A stretch of 64,000 nt of DNA from the NCBI GenBank assembly GCA_016935525.1, contig JAFGQU010000004.1, forward strand, positions 65,314 to 129,313, in the 5' to 3' direction. The stretch comes from Candidatus Omnitrophota bacterium (GTDB lineage: Bacteria; Omnitrophota; Gorgyraeia; Duberdicusellales; 4484-171). This document shows, in pieces, positions 9,157 through 20,292 of this stretch. The notes below the pieces were generated by a model. It worked only from the letters and a program-made list of their open reading frames with translations, ran no database searches and was not told the DNA's origin. Position numbers and translations under genes: made by a program. The stretch's first letter is position 1. Every line of letters begins with the position of its first letter.

Positions 9157-11630
9157 TTATGATAAGGGACGCGCCATATTTCTTTGGCGTATTCGGCGAT
9201 AGTCCGGTCGCTGGAAAACCGTCCGGCTTTAGCGACGTTGACGATACTCTTTTTCGTCCATTCTTCCTGATCCAGATAACATTGCGAGACTTTCTGCTGC
9301 ATTGCCAGATACGAATCGAAATCGGCACAGATCATAAACTTATCGTCACTTTCCAGGGATTGAATAATCGGTTCAAAGATACCGGGATTATAGGGAGCAA
9401 AAAAATTCGTCCGTAACAGATGGAATATATCGCGCAGTAACGGTGATTTCTGGATAGAATCATGAGGATTATACCCTTGCCGTTTTAGCGTCGCGACTTG
9501 TTCGGCAGTATGCCCGAAAATAAAAATATTGTCGCGGCCGACTTCCTGAGAGATCTCGACGTTTGCCCCGTCAAGCGTCCCGATAGTGAGCGCTCCGTTC
9601 AGCATAAACTTCATATTCCCGGTACCGGAAGCTTCGTATCCGGCAGTCGAGATCTGTTCGGACACATCCGATGCCGGAAATATTTTTTCCGCCAAGGATA
9701 CCCGGTAATTTTCCAGAAACGCCATACGCAGTTTATCTTTTATCGATTTATCCCGGTTGATCATATCGGCGATACTGGTCAGGAACTTTATAGTCAACTT
9801 TGCCATGACGTATCCCGGAGCGGCTTTTCCGCCCACCAGAAACGTCCGGGGATACACGAATTTTTTCGGGTCGTGTTTAAGCAGTAAATATTGCGATACG
9901 ATATAAAATCCGAAAAGGATCTGGCGTTTATACTCATGCATCCGTTTCACCTGCACATCAAAGATAGATTCCGGGTCGATCATGATCTCGGTTGTACGGG
10001 CGATATATTCGGCAAGTTTCTTTTTATTCTCATGTTTGATGTCCCGCCAGGCCTTGCGGAATGGAGCTTTGTCTTTATACGGGATCAATTTACTTAATTG
10101 CGACAGATCGATCACCCATTTGTCACCGATGGTATTGATGATCAGGTCCGACAAACCGGTATTGGCTTTCAGTAACCAGCGGCGTTGAGTGATCCCGTTC
10201 GTTTTATTATTGAATTTTTTAGGGAAAAATTCATAGAAATCGCGGAAGACCCCGGTCTTCAATAGTTCGGTATGTAATTCCGATACCCCGTTTACCGAAT
10301 GGCTTCCCACAATCGCCAGGTTCGCCATGCGGATCCGTTTATGGTCGCCTTCCTCGATGATCGACATCCTGGCGATACGGCCTTCATCGCCGGGAAACCT
10401 TTGCGAAACTTCTTCGAGGAACCGTTTATTGACCTCATAGATAATCTGCAGGTGTCGCGGCAATAGATTCTCCAGACGCGCCACCGACCATTTCTCCAAA
10501 GCTTCCGGCATCACCGTATGGTTAGTATAGGCAAATATCTGCACGACAATATCCCACGCTTCTTCCCATTGAAAATCGCTCTCATCAAGTAAAATACGCA
10601 TTAACTCGACGATACCCAAAATCGGGTGGGTATCGTTAAGTTGAATCGTCACTTTATCCGGCAGTTTAGACAAGTCTTCGTTTTTGACCCGGAACCGGCG
10701 GATAATATCGGCAATGGATGCGGCGACAAAAAAGTATTCCTGTTTAAGGCGAAGTTCTCTCCCCTGGCTGATATCGTCCATGGGATACAATACTTTGGAG
10801 ATGTTTTCCGAAAGGATCTTTTCATGTACGGCCTGTTCATAGTCGCCCTGATTAAAATATTCCAAATCGAATTCTTCGGTACTGCGTGCCGACCATAACC
10901 GCAACGTATTGACTACATCGTTCTTATATCCGGGGATCGGATAATCATAGGGCACCGCGAGGATGTTCTGGGTATCGACCCAATCCACACAAAACCGGCC
11001 GTGACGGTCTTTATACATCTGGGTCCTCCCGTAAAATTTTACCCGTACGGTATACTCCGGCCGGGCAAATTCCCAGGGGCTTTCCCGCCGTAACCATTCA
11101 TCAGGCAGTTCTATCTGAAACCCGTCTTTTATCTTTTGATGAAAAATACCGTAATCGTAACGGATACCATATCCGTATCCCGGGATGCCTAACGTCGCCA
11201 TCGAATCAAGAAAACAGGCGGCAAGCCGGCCTAATCCGCCGTTACCTAACCCGGCATCGAGTTCCTGCTGGCGAACCTCCTCAAAATTAAGGCCCAGTTC
11301 CGTAAGAGCCTGCGCGGTTTTATTCTCTAATCCCAGATTGAAAATATAGTTCCCCAAAAGCCGGCCGATTAAAAATTCCATTGAAAGATAATAGACCCGT
11401 TTCACATTCGCTTTATGATAATGCTGTTGAGTGTTGATCCAACGTTCCACTACCCGGTCACGGACAGTGAGCGCTAATGCTCGGAAATTGTCTTCCAGCG
11501 TCGCGCTGTATTGGTCTTTGGAAAGGGCATATTTTAAGTTGGCGCAGAATGAGGTCACAATACCTTCAACGGTATTTTTTTTACTGATCTCATCGCATTT
11601 TTCCTCTAGTTTTTTATTCATTTTTGCCAT
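9153..11630 (-). CDS. glgP: Glycogen/starch/alpha-glucan phosphorylase
   Basis: LGNGGLGRLAACF, QLNDTHP, KRMHEYKRQ, EASGTGNMKF (PLP lysine); start moved to ATG 11630 with AAGGAG RBS. Confidence 0.96.
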   Translation of the reverse strand: MAKMNKKLEEKCDEISKKNTVEGIVTSFCANLKYALSKDQYSATLEDNFRALALTVRDRVVERWINTQQHYHKANVKRVYYLSMEFLIGRLLGNYIFNLGLENKTAQALTELGLNFEEVRQQELDAGLGNGGLGRLAACFLDSMATLGIPGYGYGIRYDYGIFHQKIKDGFQIELPDEWLRRESPWEFARPEYTVRVKFYGRTQMYKDRHGRFCVDWVDTQNILAVPYDYPIPGYKNDVVNTLRLWSARSTEEFDLEYFNQGDYEQAVHEKILSENISKVLYPMDDISQGRELRLKQEYFFVAASIADIIRRFRVKNEDLSKLPDKVTIQLNDTHPILGIVELMRILLDESDFQWEEAWDIVVQIFAYTNHTVMPEALEKWSVARLENLLPRHLQIIYEVNKRFLEEVSQRFPGDEGRIARMSIIEEGDHKRIRMANLAIVGSHSVNGVSELHTELLKTGVFRDFYEFFPKKFNNKTNGITQRRWLLKANTGLSDLIINTIGDKWVIDLSQLSKLIPYKDKAPFRKAWRDIKHENKKKLAEYIARTTEIMIDPESIFDVQVKRMHEYKRQILFGFYIVSQYLLLKHDPKKFVYPRTFLVGGKAAPGYVMAKLTIKFLTSIADMINRDKSIKDKLRMAFLENYRVSLAEKIFPASDVSEQISTAGYEASGTGNMKFMLNGALTIGTLDGANVEISQEVGRDNIFIFGHTAEQVATLKRQGYNPHDSIQKSPLLRDIFHLLRTNFFAPYNPGIFEPIIQSLESDDKFMICADFDSYLAMQQKVSQCYLDQEEWTKKSIVNVAKAGRFSSDRTIAEYAKEIWRVPYHK

Positions 11631-11717
11631 AGGGCTCCTTCTCTCAGCCGGCACCTTCATCCGGTACCAGCATATTATTATATGGCAGAAAGCGGTATCT
11701 GCCAATTATTCTGATTT

Positions 11718-12203
11718 TTATTTTTTCTTTAAAAAAAAGCCGTGTAACCGATCGAACGCTTTTTGGCGCCGGCTGCCGAATAGGCTGCGGTTCTGTTCGG
11801 CGACGAACCGGACGTCCTCCACGGTATAAAATGCCTGAGGATTAAACCCTTTTATCGTTTCCAGCAGTCCCTGGATACGGGCCCGGGGAACGACCATAAA
11901 GATGATCTTTACCGGACCGGTAGCTCCCTGGGCGTCTATCGCGGTAATCCCGTAATTCTGGCCGCGTAAGAAATCCGTAAGGCGTGAGGCGTCTCTATGG
12001 GTAATGACCCTCACCATAAGGTTGCCCAGAGAAAGTTTTCTTTCCAAAGAAATACCGACGAAATTACCCATACCGAACCCGGCGGTATACGCGATATAAT
12101 TGACCGGGTTCCCCATGTTCTTCATGATCTGGCGTATCGCTAACAGCCAGATGAGTACTTCAAAAAAACCTAAAAGAGCCGAGAGTATCCTTATCCCGCG
12201 GGA
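11718..12203 (-). pseudogene. 5'-truncated DUF2179/UPF0316 (YebE-like) membrane protein
   Basis: Reading frame continues upstream of Met 12125 as SRGIRILSALLGFFEVLIWLLAIRQI (family motif), then loses similarity and reaches a stop near 12285 without a start codon. Confidence 0.6.
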
Positions 12204-12309
12204 GAAGGAGTAAAAAAGAAATAGTATATACCTCCGATTGCAGTCAAAAGCAAGAGCGCAAGAACGATAAAAAATATCTTTTTTTTATCTATCACGACAC
12301 ATCAACAGG

Positions 12310-13386
12310 TTAAAACCATCTTTTCTTTTTAAAAAAGATAACCATAGTGGCGGCGACCGTGATCATTAATCCCCAGGTAAATACGTATCCGAATTTCCAG
12401 TTCAATTCCGGCATGTTCCAGGGGAAGGCCGTATTGAAATTCATCCCGTAAAGCCCCGCGATAAAGGTGATCGGGATAAAGATGGTGGCGATCATCGTCA
12501 AAACTTTCATCACTTCGTTCATCTTGTTGCTAAGGCTGGAAAGATAAATATCAAGCATACCGGAGACCATATCCCGGAACGTTTCGACCGTATCGATCAC
12601 CTGGATGGTATGGTCATACAGATCCCGCAGGTATACTCTGGTATTTTTCTGGACTAATTTTGATTCTCCCCGTTCGAGATGGCTGACGGTCTCCCGCAGG
12701 GGCCATACCGATTTACGTAAGAATATGATCTCCTGTTTTAACCGGTGGATGATCTGTAATGTTGCCGGATCCGGATTACTTATCAACTCTTCCTCCATAT
12801 CTTCGATCTCTTCCCCGATTTTCTCAAGGATGACGTAGTAGTTATCGACGATCGCGTCGATAAGCGCGTAGGCTAAATAATCGCTGCCGTGTTTACGTAC
12901 CCGGCCTTTATTGCGGCGGATCCGGTCACGGATCTCATTGAACACATCGCCTTCCTGTTCCTGAAAAGAGATCACGTAATTTTTCCCTAAAATAAAACTT
13001 ACCTGCTCAGCTTTGACTCCGGCGCCTTTCTCGTAACTAAGCATATTCAATACAATGAAGATATAATGCTCAAGATCTTCATATTTAGGACGCTGTTCGG
13101 TATTGGCGATATCCTCTATGGTCAACGGGTGCAGGTCAAAGGCGGCGCCGATCTTCTCGATAATATCGAGCTGGTGTATCCCGTCGATATTGATCCAGGT
13201 CACCGTATTTTTTTCTTTGAACGGGAAACATTCTTCGACCGAAAGGGCCTGTTTTTCTTCTAATTGAGCCGGATCGTAATCAATGACCGTGATCCGCGGT
13301 CTTTCCCTTCGTTCTTCGCCGATATGAACGGGCGTTCCCGGGACCAACCCTGCGGTTTTCGATAGTTTTTTTATGAATTTAAGCAT
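12310..13386 (-). CDS. corA: Magnesium/cobalt transporter CorA
   Basis: LHPLTIEDI...QRPK, YLRDLYDH, MNEVMKVLT, YGMNF and MPEL signatures. Confidence 0.95.
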   Translation of the reverse strand: MLKFIKKLSKTAGLVPGTPVHIGEERRERPRITVIDYDPAQLEEKQALSVEECFPFKEKNTVTWINIDGIHQLDIIEKIGAAFDLHPLTIEDIANTEQRPKYEDLEHYIFIVLNMLSYEKGAGVKAEQVSFILGKNYVISFQEQEGDVFNEIRDRIRRNKGRVRKHGSDYLAYALIDAIVDNYYVILEKIGEEIEDMEEELISNPDPATLQIIHRLKQEIIFLRKSVWPLRETVSHLERGESKLVQKNTRVYLRDLYDHTIQVIDTVETFRDMVSGMLDIYLSSLSNKMNEVMKVLTMIATIFIPITFIAGLYGMNFNTAFPWNMPELNWKFGYVFTWGLMITVAATMVIFFKKKRWF

Positions 13387-13491
13387 GCTTTTCTCCTTAT
13401 CTTTTCCGGCCTGTCATCATTCTAACTTTGGTATAATATTTTGCAATAGGTATTTATTCATGGGTACACGACCGCAAGAGTACACCGGCGG

Positions 13492-14049
13492 TCAGCCTGA
13501 TTGTTCAGGAAGATATTTAAACTGATAGGTCGCTTTTGAAAGTTTTCTAAAGAGGATCTCGTCCTGGATGAATCCGGGCGAGGTATCGATAAGTTTCGAA
13601 AGCCCTTCCCAAAATCCAAACCAGCCAAGCGGCATAAGCACGATCGCCGACAGCTCTCTGGCCAACGTATTTAAGAACTTAAAGTAGGTAGCTAACGTTA
13701 AAAACGTCAATGAACCGATCCCGATAAGTACAAATATCGTACCGCGCAGGCGTGTGCTTCTTAATTCTTTTTTCTTCTGTAAATAACCGTGGAGAAAATG
13801 TTTTTTTAACCGCTGGGTGACCATCCGTTCCGATTTCTCATCTTTCAGGTCCAGCGGCGCGTATATAGTAATGATAAAATCCCCCCGGCGGGTCTCCCGG
13901 TACCGTTTTTTCAGTTCGGTTATGAAATCGCCCGATACCGTCCGTTCATTTAACGGCCGGGGATCGAAATCAGAGAACACGTCGTCCCAGGTATCGATCA
14001 CAATCGCGATTTCGCCGAGATCTTTTATGCGTTGGATGACTTCACTCAT
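13492..14049 (-). CDS. Hypothetical membrane protein (2 C-terminal TMs)
   Basis: ORF with DDVFSDFDPRP motif and GWFGFWEG TM hairpin. Confidence 0.7.
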   Translation of the reverse strand: MSEVIQRIKDLGEIAIVIDTWDDVFSDFDPRPLNERTVSGDFITELKKRYRETRRGDFIITIYAPLDLKDEKSERMVTQRLKKHFLHGYLQKKKELRSTRLRGTIFVLIGIGSLTFLTLATYFKFLNTLARELSAIVLMPLGWFGFWEGLSKLIDTSPGFIQDEILFRKLSKATYQFKYLPEQSG

Positions 14050-14149
14050 ATTTCTTCGATTAAAGAAACAACAATGGAAACGTAATAACTTGACCTTACT
14101 ATTATTAAATCAGATATTCCGATATTGTAAAGGATCGCGAACATATCGG

Positions 14150-15421
14150 TTATCGTTTTAATTTGACTCCGAATGCCGCGCTCATCGCTTGGGTGAGATT
14201 ACGCAGAAGACGCCATTCGGTTTTCAGTTTGTCGGCGGGTTTACTCCACAAGGCGCGTGTACGCGGCGATGCCCGACGGTCCTGCCGGATGAGTTCTTCA
14301 TAGATATCGAGCGCTTTTATCACACTGGTCTTAAGCGAAAACCGCAACGCGGTATTACGGGCGTTTTGACGATACATAAATCTCTCTTCTTGCGACAACG
14401 ATGCGTATTTTTTCAAGCTTTGGGTAAAGTCGGCTACTTTATCGGAATGAAGCAAATGCCCGTTTAACCCGTGAATGACGATATCATTTACCCCGGGACC
14501 GGCAAGAGCGATGACCGGTACTTCGGTAGCCATCGCTTCGTTTAATACTATTCCTTGCGTTTCGGTCTTTGAAGCAAACACAAACACGTCCATCGCCCGG
14601 TACGCGCAGACCAGGTCTTCGTCAAAAAGGACCCCGGTAAAATGGAACCGGTCTTTTAATCCTTGGTCTCTAAAAAATTCCGTGACTTCTTTTTCCAGTA
14701 ATCCTTTACCGACCAGGAGAAAATGGGCATCGTGGTTGGCTTTCATAAAGTCTTTCACTGCTTCGATCAGAAAATGGATGTTTTTTTCGGGATTGATCCG
14801 GCCTACCGAACCTACCACGAAACTCTTTTGCGGAAGGTTCAATTTCCTGCGGGCCAAAGCACTGTCGTCTCTTTTAAACGTATCTACATCGATACCGGTA
14901 GGGATGGTCTCGATGGGGACCATCACTTTTCTGCGCCGCAGGAGCTGAGCGACGCCTCGGGACGGAGCAAATACATAATCACATAGATTCGCATAGCCGG
15001 ATGCCAGACGGATAACGAACCGTTGCACTTTTTTGGGGTTACCCGGCATATAATAAGTATACCGTTCATAGAGAGTATGAAAAGTAAATACCAACGGAAT
15101 ATCGTACTGGGCGGCGATCCGGAACGCGGTCTCACCCATAAGAAAAGGCTGATGTGAATGGACGATGTCCGGTTTAAACCGTTTCAGGGTCCGGGAAAGC
15201 ACTCCCGGAATAGGAAGATGAACGGAAAAATCGGTACCTCTTATCTTCTGTAGTGCGGGAATGCGGACTACTCCCCGTTCGCGCGGGGCGTCTTCAAAAT
15301 CGGGAGCGACAATGAGGACTTTATGCCCATATTTACGATATTGATTGCTGAAAATCTCAATCGATCGTTCCAAGCCTCCCACAATAGGCTTATAGGTGTT
15401 AGTCATGACAAGGATATTCAT
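14150..15421 (-). CDS. GT4 glycosyltransferase (diacylglycerol glucosyltransferase-like)
   Basis: TNTYKPIVGG, IVHSHQPF, VGRINPEKNI, SKTETQGIVLNEAMA. Confidence 0.88.
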   Translation of the reverse strand: MNILVMTNTYKPIVGGLERSIEIFSNQYRKYGHKVLIVAPDFEDAPRERGVVRIPALQKIRGTDFSVHLPIPGVLSRTLKRFKPDIVHSHQPFLMGETAFRIAAQYDIPLVFTFHTLYERYTYYMPGNPKKVQRFVIRLASGYANLCDYVFAPSRGVAQLLRRRKVMVPIETIPTGIDVDTFKRDDSALARRKLNLPQKSFVVGSVGRINPEKNIHFLIEAVKDFMKANHDAHFLLVGKGLLEKEVTEFFRDQGLKDRFHFTGVLFDEDLVCAYRAMDVFVFASKTETQGIVLNEAMATEVPVIALAGPGVNDIVIHGLNGHLLHSDKVADFTQSLKKYASLSQEERFMYRQNARNTALRFSLKTSVIKALDIYEELIRQDRRASPRTRALWSKPADKLKTEWRLLRNLTQAMSAAFGVKLKR

Positions 15422-15471
15422 GGTATTACATACATGAGTACCGGCGATAGAGAAGAAATATCTCTCCTGAT

Positions 15472-16449
15472 TTACTTATAGTTACTTCGGGCAAGGGCTT
15501 TTTTTGCCTGAGATAATACCGAATCTATCTGGTGGCGACGATAAGGGATACTACAACCGGCCACATCATGATGCCCTCCTCCGCCGTAATTTTCGGCAAT
15601 ACGAGCGACATTTATTTTTCCTTTGGAACGCAGACTGACCCGCAGGACCGTATCGGTTTTCTGACGGAACAATATCGCGATACGCACGCCTTTGATCGTC
15701 AGCATATCGTTCGCTACCGCGTCGGCATCTTCATCCTGCGCATGCAGTTTTTTAAAATCGTTTATTTTGAGGATCGACCAGACGATCCGGTTGTGAGATA
15801 AAAATGTACACCGGGTTAAGGCTAACGCGGAGATCAACACGTCTTCTTTAGTCTTCGACCAATAGACCAGTTCGGAAACCTTTTGAAAATCGACGCCGGT
15901 CTCAAGGAGCCGTCCGCAAAGAGAAAACGTGTAAGGGGTCACGTTCGGCAACCGGAACGAATTCGTTTCAACGATGATCGAAGTAAATATATTCCGGGCG
16001 ATCGCCTTATCGAGAGGGACTCCCAAGATGTCCAGCAATACATAGATTATCTCGCCTACACAAGAAGCGTGCGGCCAGATCAATTGCTGGTCGCCGAAGA
16101 CCTGGCGCATATCATGATGGTCTATCTCTAATATTTTTCCGGCCCGTTCAAATACACCGTATATCTTACCGAGCATTTCTTTTTTGCTGCAATCTACCGC
16201 GATCGCCAGATCTACCGGGGCTTTCAGAGTTTTTCGTACAGCGGATGCGCCAGGCAGAGATCTGAGTTTTTTAGGGATGCCGTCCTGGTTTAAAAAATAA
16301 ACCCGTTTCCCTTTTGTCTTTAGACCTAACCCTAACGCGAGCATCGAGCCGACACAATCTCCGTCGGGATTCATGTGGCCGGCGATAACGATAGTTTTCG
16401 CTTTTTGGATAAGACGAACAGCTGCTTTTATCTGGTTCATATAAAGCAA
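15472..16449 (-). CDS. nrnA: DHH/DHHA1 bifunctional oligoribonuclease/pAp phosphatase
   Basis: HMNPDGD, IDHH, RVSLRS, GGGGH motifs. Confidence 0.88.
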   Translation of the reverse strand: MLYMNQIKAAVRLIQKAKTIVIAGHMNPDGDCVGSMLALGLGLKTKGKRVYFLNQDGIPKKLRSLPGASAVRKTLKAPVDLAIAVDCSKKEMLGKIYGVFERAGKILEIDHHDMRQVFGDQQLIWPHASCVGEIIYVLLDILGVPLDKAIARNIFTSIIVETNSFRLPNVTPYTFSLCGRLLETGVDFQKVSELVYWSKTKEDVLISALALTRCTFLSHNRIVWSILKINDFKKLHAQDEDADAVANDMLTIKGVRIAILFRQKTDTVLRVSLRSKGKINVARIAENYGGGGHHDVAGCSIPYRRHQIDSVLSQAKKALARSNYK

Positions 16450-16527
16450 GAAATTAAGGATGATTAATAAAAATATTATAACAGAAAGGGCTGGTTTCGT
16501 CAGAGGTTTTTAAATGCGCCCCCGGGT

Positions 16528-18108
16528 TTATCCACGGTCGGACTCCGGTTGGGATGATGCGACTTTCAAGCGGATCGTGACTTTGGCTCCCGTGTCTTTT
16601 TTATTTTCAACCGTAACCGTGCCCCTATGCATAAGTATGATATTATTCACTACCGAAAGCCCCAGTCCGGTTCCGCCCTGCAGGCGTTTTGTCGTGACAA
16701 AAGGATCGAATATCGATTCAAGCACTTCTTGAGGTATCCCGCATCCGGTATCTTCGATCTCGACAAATACCGCTTCTTCACCGATACGGAACGTATCGGT
16801 CCGGCGATGCCCGACACCGTCGCCCGACTCACTTAAGACTTTAGCGTAAGTCCGCAAGGTGAGAACACCTTGAGCCGGCATCGCTTGGATCGCGTTAAGG
16901 AAAAGATTCATACATACCTGTATAAGCTTATTTTCATCGACTACCACCGGAGGGATATGTTCATCAAAATCTTTATTTACTTTGATCCGGCTTTTATCCA
17001 ACTGGAATCTCACCAGTATCAGCGATTTTTCTAACAATTCGTTTACCGGATAGGCCGCAAGGTTTAATTCCGACGTTTTAGAAAAATCCAAAAGTTCTTT
17101 GATGATCCGGTCGGCCCGGGTGACTGCCTCACCCATATCACGGATCACCATTTGAATATTTTCGCATTCTGCGCCTTGAAATTCGTGACGGATATAATCG
17201 ATTCCCATAAGAATGGTCGTTAAAGGGTTTTTGACTTCATGAGCGACCCCGCTGGCTAATTTTCCTACTACTTCCATCTTTGCCGCGGCTACCAGTTGGC
17301 TTTGAGTATTCATCAATACCTCATAGGCGCGACGTAATTCTTCCTGAGTGTTTTTCAATTCGGTAATATCGATAATGACGCCGTCCAGGTATAAAAAGTT
17401 GCCGGCCGGATCAAACACCCCCTGGCCCCGTTCATATACCCATTTTATCCCCCCGGAAGAATGACACACGCGATATTCGATCGTGTAAGGTTTTTTGCCG
17501 CTCACCCCGGCCTGGACAATATCATCCACCATCTGCCGATCGTCAGGATAAATAATGCTGGCATACGTCCGTACGGAATTATTCAGAAATTCACCGGCCG
17601 GATATCCGCTTAAAGCTTCTATTTCCTGGCTGATATACTCCATTCTCCAATCGGGATCATTGGCACAACGGTAAATGACCCCCGGAACGTTTGCGACCAG
17701 AGTTTTCAGCTGCGTTTCGCTTTGCCGTAACGCGTTTTCCATATTTTTATTTTCGGTAACGTCAAAAATAGCTCCGATTAATCCCGCGACTCCGCCTTCT
17801 TCATCCGTAAAGGTCGCTTTATGGAAGATCACCTCGCGGATCTCACCCTGGCTGGTTTTGATCTTCCATTCATACACCTGTACTCCCGGGGTTTCCAATA
17901 ATTCGTTATCTTTCTGAAAATAAGTATCGGCGATCTCTTTGGGCCCTATATCGTACACAGTCTTACCGACTAACTCCTGGCGGGTCATCCCTACCAGCTC
18001 GGTAAACGCCCGGTTACAACCTACATATTGGCCTTCGCGGTTTTTATAGAAAATCGGTATCGGCAGAGAATCAATAAGTACCTGCAAAAAGTTATAGTTT
18101 TGCATCAC
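16528..18108 (-). CDS. Cytoplasmic PAS-PAS sensor histidine kinase
   Basis: Two PAS domains, H-box VAHEVKNPL, N-box NLFLNAIQA, DTGCGI, GTGLGL; no TM. Confidence 0.92.
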   Translation of the reverse strand: MMQNYNFLQVLIDSLPIPIFYKNREGQYVGCNRAFTELVGMTRQELVGKTVYDIGPKEIADTYFQKDNELLETPGVQVYEWKIKTSQGEIREVIFHKATFTDEEGGVAGLIGAIFDVTENKNMENALRQSETQLKTLVANVPGVIYRCANDPDWRMEYISQEIEALSGYPAGEFLNNSVRTYASIIYPDDRQMVDDIVQAGVSGKKPYTIEYRVCHSSGGIKWVYERGQGVFDPAGNFLYLDGVIIDITELKNTQEELRRAYEVLMNTQSQLVAAAKMEVVGKLASGVAHEVKNPLTTILMGIDYIRHEFQGAECENIQMVIRDMGEAVTRADRIIKELLDFSKTSELNLAAYPVNELLEKSLILVRFQLDKSRIKVNKDFDEHIPPVVVDENKLIQVCMNLFLNAIQAMPAQGVLTLRTYAKVLSESGDGVGHRRTDTFRIGEEAVFVEIEDTGCGIPQEVLESIFDPFVTTKRLQGGTGLGLSVVNNIILMHRGTVTVENKKDTGAKVTIRLKVASSQPESDRG

Positions 18109-18261
18109 TAAATTATTTATTTTGTAATCCCGGGCACTATTGTATACGCGGAGAGAAAATATACGAATGTAAAGCCATTATAATATGCTGTACTTTTTAC
18201 GCAAGAGGATTAATCGGGCCGATGAACACGCTAAAAAGACAGCCGGTTATGCGGATTTTCG

Positions 18262-19419
18262 TTATAGAGAAAGCAATCGGGATGCCTCATCGAGCTTCTC
18301 ATAGAGTTTGGGGATCCAGGCATCGCCCCAGAAAAGATAACAGCTCGTTTCGGCATCAAGGATCAGCTCTTTTGCTTCATCGATCTTCTTCTTCTGGGAG
18401 GCAGTAAGGCCTTTTTTCTTTTCTACATCATGATGCCGGCGCCTTACGCTAAAAAGCTTCTCGATCGCTCTTTTTTGCGATTCCGACCCGTTCCACTGAG
18501 AAAAATCGTATCCGGATGTGGATGCGACATTCCAGGCTCCGGTCTGGACACGAGCGTGATCGCGGGGAGGATATTTTTTTATGAATTCCGATATTTTTAC
18601 AGGAGTGATCCCGGCTTTTTTTTCTTTAATCTTCTCCATCAGCGGCGCAAAAAAATATCCAAAAAATCCGGAGTTCTCATCCATCTGCCGAAACCATCCT
18701 CCATTTTCGCCGTCCGACCAAGTAGTCACCAGTCGCGCTTTTTCTTGAGAAGAATATTCTTTTAATTTACGGGTCACCTCATCGATAAACCAGGAAGGGT
18801 TCATCCCGCTTTCCTGGGCATTGGAAATATCCCGGTTGCGCGGAATCACCGCGATTTCATTTTTTTCATATGTTATCCGGTAAGGTTTAAAACAATCGGG
18901 TTTCTCCCGGTCTTTAAGAGGTTTCACGTGTACATGATCGACTACCACATATTCATACCCGGCCTCATCCAAGGCCGGAATCATCTCCATAGAAAACGCC
19001 ATTTCCGACGGCCAGAATCCTTTCGGGCTCTTCTTGAACAGACGTTCCACGATATCTTTGCCGCGCTTTAACTGTTCGGCCCAATCTTCTCTGGGGATAA
19101 GCGGGAAGATCGGGTGGTAATAGCCCATACCGATAATCTCGATGTTATCGGCCTGACGGTACCGTTCGATCATCTCAGGGATATCTACGAACTTTTTGTA
19201 CCGGGAGACGATTTCGGGATCGGTGAACTGTTCGAGTAAAATCCCGGAAAACCCGACATGAAAAGAAACGATATCTTTATAGGTATCAGCGTACCGCGGG
19301 GCGCGTTCATAACATTTTATGATCTGTTGTGCTTCCCACTCGTTGGTATCGATAAGTAACCGCAGGTTTCCCGGCGGTTGATGCATATGTAATCCTAACG
19401 CATAATAAGTAGTCTTCAT
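18262..19419 (-). CDS. Glycoside hydrolase family 57 protein
   Basis: LHMHQP, GFWPSEM (nucleophile), SDGENGGW (acid/base). Confidence 0.88.
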   Translation of the reverse strand: MKTTYYALGLHMHQPPGNLRLLIDTNEWEAQQIIKCYERAPRYADTYKDIVSFHVGFSGILLEQFTDPEIVSRYKKFVDIPEMIERYRQADNIEIIGMGYYHPIFPLIPREDWAEQLKRGKDIVERLFKKSPKGFWPSEMAFSMEMIPALDEAGYEYVVVDHVHVKPLKDREKPDCFKPYRITYEKNEIAVIPRNRDISNAQESGMNPSWFIDEVTRKLKEYSSQEKARLVTTWSDGENGGWFRQMDENSGFFGYFFAPLMEKIKEKKAGITPVKISEFIKKYPPRDHARVQTGAWNVASTSGYDFSQWNGSESQKRAIEKLFSVRRRHHDVEKKKGLTASQKKKIDEAKELILDAETSCYLFWGDAWIPKLYEKLDEASRLLSL

Positions 19420-19491
19420 TTCTATCCGATTGAGTAAAATCCGCTCTTAAAGGGGATCAAGGAGCTTACCGGAGCATACTGAGTCTGCCGG

Positions 19492-20229
19492 TCATACCCG
19501 CGCCAGCGCTTTTTCCGCTTCCCGTAACGCTTCTTTGCTGCCGATATCCAGCCATTCGCCGGTCAATGTGCTGCCGTAAACCGGTGATTTTTTAAGTACC
19601 CATTCGATATATTTGCCGGCGACATCAGACTGAGCCCCATTAGCAAGATATTCATGCAGATACCGCATCGATTGATAAGGGAAAAAGTATACGCAGGTAG
19701 CGACCAAGGTGGAGGAAGGTTTTTGCGGTTTTTCGATAAGTTCGATGATCCGCGATTTTTCATCAAGTTTGACCACACCGAACCGGGTTGCCTCCTCTTT
19801 TTTCTTCACGTCATAAAGAGCGATACAAGGGTGAGGCCGTACATGTAAGGAGAAATCGATGAAGTTAGTCAAGTCGTCTTCGAAAATATTGTCGCCCCCG
19901 ACGACCAGGCAATCTTCTCCTTCCTGCTTTAAAGCCAACTGGATCGCCTTAATCGCGCCTTTTCGGTCCTCAGGAGTATTTGACCCATCATTGACGATCT
20001 CTATATCAAACTGGTTTTTATTCCGCCATTTGAGAAAATGAGGATGGAAACGGTTATTCGATACCACACTCACCCCGGAAACCGGACAATAATTCTTCAG
20101 ATTATCTATTTTTTCTATAAGGTAATTGATGATCGGTTTATTATTCACCTCTAAAAGAGGTTTGGGAGTATTGACCGTGAGCGGATAAAGCCGGGTCCCA
20201 TACCCTGCCGCCAAAATCACTATGTTCAT
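19492..20229 (-). CDS. Sugar-1-phosphate nucleotidyltransferase (catalytic domain only)
   Basis: ILAAGYGTRLYPLT...PKPLL, GDN, EKP, WLDIG. Confidence 0.88.
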   Translation of the reverse strand: MNIVILAAGYGTRLYPLTVNTPKPLLEVNNKPIINYLIEKIDNLKNYCPVSGVSVVSNNRFHPHFLKWRNKNQFDIEIVNDGSNTPEDRKGAIKAIQLALKQEGEDCLVVGGDNIFEDDLTNFIDFSLHVRPHPCIALYDVKKKEEATRFGVVKLDEKSRIIELIEKPQKPSSTLVATCVYFFPYQSMRYLHEYLANGAQSDVAGKYIEWVLKKSPVYGSTLTGEWLDIGSKEALREAEKALARV

Positions 20230-20292
20230 GCCTTTACCCCCTCTCTTTCTGGGCTATTATAAAAGTTATTATACAATGTTTTTCCGTGTTTT

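Noticed and set aside
16528-18108. Orphan histidine kinase as a novel system
   Set aside because: Unpaired PAS kinases are common; nothing links it to its neighbours
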